NCBI GenBank assembly: GCA_963734545.1
Contig: CAVTHO010000005.1
Span: 608,001-672,000, forward strand
Direction: 5' to 3'
Source of the DNA: an uncultured Spirochaetota bacterium
GTDB taxonomy: Bacteria > Spirochaetota > Spirochaetia > SZUA-6 > Fen-1364
DNA length: 64,000 nucleotides
In this document: piece by piece, positions 59,945-64,000 of the stretch
Layout: each line of letters starts with the position of its first letter
Numbering within the stretch: position 1 is the first letter of the stretch
Position numbers and translations under genes: made by a program
Notes under the pieces: model-generated
Seen by the model: the letters and a program-made list of their open reading frames with translations, nothing else
What the model was told of the DNA's origin: nothing
The model's database searches: none

Positions 59945-60865
59945 CTTTCCAGCAGCCGCGGGTTGAGGATTTCCGCCAGACCTTCGCCCAGCATGGTGAA
60001 GCCCAGGGCGAGAAGCACGATCATGAGGCCGGGGAAGGTGATCATCCACCAGGTTCCGGAGGGCAGGAACTTCTTCCCCATGGAAAGGTCCATCCCCCAG
60101 TCCGGGATGCCCGCGGGAAGACCCAGCCCGATGTAGGAGAGGGCGGCCTCGGTCATGATGGCGTCCGCGATGTTCAGGGAAAGTATCACGACCACGGTGG
60201 CGATCACGTTGGGGAATATGTAGCGGCCGAGGATCGTGCCGCGGCGCGCGCCGATGGCCCGCGCCGCCTCCACGTACACCTCCTCCTTGATGGAGAGGGT
60301 CTGGCCGCGGACCAGGCGGAAGTGGGTGGGGATGTAGACCACCGCCACCGCGAGGGTGATGTTGATGACCCCGGGACCGAGCATGGCGGCAAACGCGATG
60401 GCCAGGATCAGGCCGGGGAAGGAGTAGACGGAGTCCATCACCAGCGAAAGGACGCGGTCGAACACGCCGCCCACGAACCCCGACAGCAGGCCCAGGGGGA
60501 TGCCGATGATGGCGGAAAGGAGCGCGGCCGCGATGGCCACCCCGAGGATGGTCTGCGCGCCGTAGACCATCCGCGCCCAGTATGTCACGACTGAGGTTGT
60601 CCGTGCCCATGATGTGCGCGCGGCTGGGCGGCGGTCATCTGACCGCCTGCCTCCTGGTCCGTCGGGCTGTAGCGCGTGAAGAGGTGCGGCGAAGATGGTC
60701 ATGGACGACGATGAACCCGATCACGAGCACCCCGGCGATCAGGATCCACCACTCGGTCCGATACTTTCTGCGGGCCCGGGAAAACCAGCGGAACAGGGAG
60801 GCGATCCCCGCGGCAGGGGAGAAACGAGCCGCGTCGACGTGGGGGCGTGCCGGCTGATTGCCCAT
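59941..60865 (-). CDS. Peptide ABC transporter permease (OppC-like; frameshifts ~60580-60710)
   Basis: MGTDNLSRD, YVEAARAIGA, EAALSYIGLG, PDWG, GEGLAEILNPR. Confidence 0.85.
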
Positions 60866-61883
60866 CAGTATTTCACCCGCGGGTCGATGGCCGCGTAGAG
60901 GAGGTCCACGAGGAGCGACACGGCGCTCACGAAGAGCGTGTAGACCACGATCACCCCCTGAATCGTCGGATAGTCGCGGAGGTAGATCCGCTCCAGGAGC
61001 AGGCGCCCCATGCCCGGCCAGGAGAAGGTGCTCTCCGTGAGGATGGCCCCGGCCAGGAGGAGGCTGAACTGCAGGCCGAGCATGGTCACGATGGGGATGA
61101 GGGCGTTGCGCAGCCCGTGATTGTAGACGACCTTCCGCTCCGGGATGCCGCGGGCCCGGGCGGCCAGGATGTAGTCGCTCTTCAGGACGTCGAGCATGTT
61201 GGCCCGGGTGAGGCGGACGAAGATGCCCGACAGCACGACGCCGAGGGTCAGCGCGGGGAGCACGAGGTGCCACATCACGTCGCCGAATGCCGCGAAGTTT
61301 CCCAGGCGCAGGGTGTCGACGATGTAGAATCCGGTCCTGGAGAAACTGGACACTTCCAGGCGCGCGCTCGTGCGCCCGGCGATGGGGAACCATCCCAGCC
61401 AGACGCCGAATATGAGCTGCAGCATGAGGCCCATCCAGAACACGGGGATGCAGTAGACGATGTTGCGCGTACAGGCGGACGGCGAAGTCCCCGCCGGTCC
61501 GGCGTCTGCGGGCGGCGTACACACCCAGGGGGATGCCGATCCCCAGGCTCGTCAGCATGCCGAACAGCGTGAGCTCGATGGTGGCCGGGAAGCTTCTCGA
61601 TGATGGGCTGGCTCACCTTCTGCTTGAAGATCATCGAGTCGCCGAGGTCCAGCCGCGCGAGCTTGCCGAGGTACTCCACGTACTGCACGGCAATGGGCTT
61701 GTTCAGCCCCAGCTCCTCTTTCTTCTCGTCGATCACCCTTTGCGGCGCGTGATCGCCGAGCATGGCGGAGACCGGATCGCCGGGCATGACGCGCAGCACG
61801 ACGAATACGATGGTCAGCATGATGAAGACCATCGGAATGGCCATGAAGACGCGGCTGATGAAATAGCTGAGGAGATGTCTCAT
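60865..61883 (-). CDS. Peptide ABC transporter permease (OppB-like; frameshifts ~61470, ~61590)
   Basis: MPGDP, DLGDS, DYILAARARG, LRNALIP, IDPRVKY. Confidence 0.85.
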
Positions 61884-61892
61884 CTGAAAGGG

Positions 61893-61922
61893 AAAAAACC
61901 GGGCCCCCTCAGGGGGACCCGG
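61893..61922 (-). terminator. Intrinsic terminator-like hairpin between oppA and oppB
   Basis: Minus strand: CCGGGTCCCCC-TGA-GGGGGCCCGG-TTTTTT. Confidence 0.75.
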
Positions 61923-61941
61923 AAAACAGTCCCGTGACTCC

Positions 61942-63489
61942 TTATTTCGCCAGCTTGAGCTGATCGTAGTTGAAAATCAGCGTGGGGCCGATTTTCACGC
62001 CCGTCACGTTCTTCTTCGTGAACACGTACAAGTTGCCCTGGAAGATCGGCGCGGTGGGGACCTCGTCCGTCCACATCTTCTGTATCTTCGCGAATGTCGC
62101 GTTGCGCTCAGCGTCCTTGCTGGTGGTCTGCTCCTGCACGAACAGGTCATCCCAGACCTTGTTGCTGAAGAAGATACCCATTCCCTTGGAGCCTTCCGTC
62201 TGGGCAAAGGGCGAGGTGTAGTCGTCTGGATCGATGTAGTCGGGATACCAGCCGAGGAGGAAGACCGGCATCTGCTTCTTGTTCCACTGCTGCTTGTAGG
62301 TGGCCCATTCGCGCTGACTTGATGGTGACCTTGACGAGCGGCGTTTTCTCGAACTGGGCCTTCAGTACCTCGGCCATGTTCACTTCGGGGTCGCCGTAGT
62401 GGCTCGGGGTGTACCAGAGATCGAACTTGAAGGGCTTGGCCGTGTGTAGCCGAGACCCTTGAGGAGTTGCTCTGCAGCCGCGACGTTTCCATCCCCCCAT
62501 GTGGTCTGGAAATCCTCGGTGTGATAGCTCATGCCGATGGGAATCATGGAGTACAAAGGCGCGTTCTGCCCGAGGTAGACCTTCTGGTTGATCTCGGGAC
62601 GATTGATCAGTGCCGCGACAACCTGGCGCAGCTTCTTCTCCTTGAAGACACTTTCCGAGGTCTCGAAGCAGAGGTAGCGGATCTGCGGGCCGGGAACCGT
62701 GAATGAGTTGTACTTGGTGTTCTTCATCAGGTCACTGACGTCCGAAGGGTTCATGGACTTGAATGCGAGGTCGATCTCGCCCTTTTCGAATGCCAGCCTC
62801 ATCGTTGTGGCATCCGCGAAGTAGCGAATGATTATCTTCTTGATGCCGGGTTCCTTGCCCCAGTACTTGGAGTTTGCTTCGAACACCGCTTCCTCATCCC
62901 TCTTGAAAGAAGTGAGGCGGTAAGGCCCGAGGGCGACGATCTCTCCCCCAGTCAGCTCCCCCACATCCTTGGCGATCTTGTCCACCGGGTACACGCTCGG
63001 ATCCATCGGGAAATAGGTGGGAGTGGCGACAAGGGCCGGGAAATACGCCACCGGACCCTTCAGGATGAATTTCACCGTGGAATCGTCCACCGCTTCGACG
63101 GACTTGACGTATTGGGTCACCAGCGCTGCCGGGTCTCCGTTGAGAGCAGCGACCCTGTCGATGCTCCATTTGACCGCTTTGGCCGTGAAGGGTGTGCCGT
63201 TGGAAAACTTTACTCCCTTCCGGAGGTTGAATGTGTACTCGGTTCCCGCGTCGTTGACCGTGTAGCCCGTTGCCAGCGCCGGCACGATATTCGTCGTACC
63301 CGGAGCGTAGGCTAGAAGCCCTGAGCTCACGTTCTGAAAGATTTCCCAGGTATGGAAATCGTATGCGCTTGCCGGATCCATGTCCGTGACTTTGTCCGTG
63401 GTGCCGTAGACCAGCGTGGTCGGTGCCTGAGGGGCGCACGCAATGAAAGCCAAACCAACCACGACGAGCAATACGAGCAGCTTCCTCAT
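61942..63489 (-). CDS. Peptide ABC transporter substrate-binding lipoprotein, family 5 (frameshifts ~62310, ~62445)
   Basis: Lipobox LAFIAC, YTFNLRKGVKFSNG, GPYRL, GWYPDYIDPDDY. Confidence 0.88.
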
Positions 63490-63520
63490 AGTACTCTCCT
63501 TTCGTGCGTGAATTTGAAAA

Positions 63521-63549
63521 AGCATACGGAGCCCACGAATAGCTGTCAA
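63521..63549 (-). promoter_or_regulatory. sigma-70 promoter of the opp operon
   Basis: TTGACA-17bp-TATGCT, then AAGGAG SD. Confidence 0.7.
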
Positions 63550-63597
63550 GCGTTCGCAGGAGAAAAGGGGCGGTTGGCGATTCTCAGGACGGGGAAA

Positions 63598-63674
63598 GGC
63601 CGCTCCGCGGCAAGCCGGGGCCGCTGCGCGACAAGCCGGGGCCGCTGCGCAGGACCGGAGAACCGGCCCTGCGC
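63598..63674. repeat. ~3 x 21-bp tandem repeat merging into a hairpin, downstream of ferritin
   Basis: GGCCGCTCCGCGGCAAGCCGG / GGCCGCTGCGCGACAAGCCGG / GGCCGCTGCGCAGG...; hairpin at 63647-63674. Confidence 0.75.
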
Positions 63675-63687
63675 TGCATGCGGAAGG

Positions 63688-64000
63688 CTATTCCCTCTTC
63701 GTGAGCCGGTGGTCGAGCTGGAAGATCCCTGCCGAGTTGGGCGGGATCTTCTTGAGAAGATCGAGGATCTGCGAAGCGTTCTTCTCTTCCTCGACCTGCT
63801 CCGTGATAAACCACTGGATGAACACCTTGGTGGGATGGTCGTTCACCTTGTCCGCCTGGTCAGCGATGCCATTGATCAGAGCGGTGACCTTCTTTTCGTG
63901 CTCGAGGCTCTGCTCGAATATCGCCTGGGGTGAGGGGAAATCCGAAGGCGGCTGGGGGATTGCCTGCAGGACGATCTTCACGCCCCGGTCGATGAGGAAT
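63688..64000 (-). CDS. ftnA: Non-heme ferritin (5' end outside window)
   Basis: LEHEKKVTALIN, FIQWFITEQVEEE, LDHRL. Confidence 0.9.
   Translation of the reverse strand, partial: FLIDRGVKIVLQAIPQPPSDFPSPQAIFEQSLEHEKKVTALINGIADQADKVNDHPTKVFIQWFITEQVEEEKNASQILDLLKKIPPNSAGIFQLDHRLTKRE

Noticed and set aside
10220-62450. About 25 frameshifts as programmed frameshifting, phase variation or pseudogenization
   Set aside because: They are single-base indels scattered over unrelated, otherwise intact genes (gnd, hydA, opp), many in short homopolymers, with no accompanying nonsense decay. Long-read error is the simplest explanation.

Overview
GC-rich bacterial chromosomal segment from an anaerobe. The outer-membrane proteins and gene content suggest a free-living Spirochaetia-like organism (inference). 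About 25 single-base frameshifts, many in homopolymers, look like long-read assembly errors. Contents in order: (1) end of a Wzx/Wzy exopolysaccharide cluster (polymerase/ligase, GT4, kinase-like protein, flippase, Wzc); (2) beta-barrel OMP and PLP dehydratase; (3) DeoR/AgaR-regulated agaS-pfkB-sugar ABC locus and gapN; (4) two-component genes including a sigma-54 activator, a URO-D-family protein and an aldo/keto reductase; (5) a ~14 kb operon behind a consensus sigma-54 promoter, with a DRTGG / kinase-degenerate-hydrogenase fusion / DRTGG / PHP / HATPase module, a HydCDBA [FeFe]-hydrogenase whose HydB is fused to an NADPH-type GltD module, and a group C sensory hydrogenase-histidine kinase with a downstream phosphorelay; (6) Thermotoga-like uxaE / LarA-family (gntE-like) / gnd cluster; (7) pgeF, yjbQ, HAD, metK, transporters, three tandem M42 peptidases, a peptide ABC transporter and ferritin. 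Genome-scale patterns are several apparently leaderless genes and four unrelated 21-24 bp tandem micro-arrays at gene 3' ends. No rRNA, tRNA, CRISPR or mobile element was seen.
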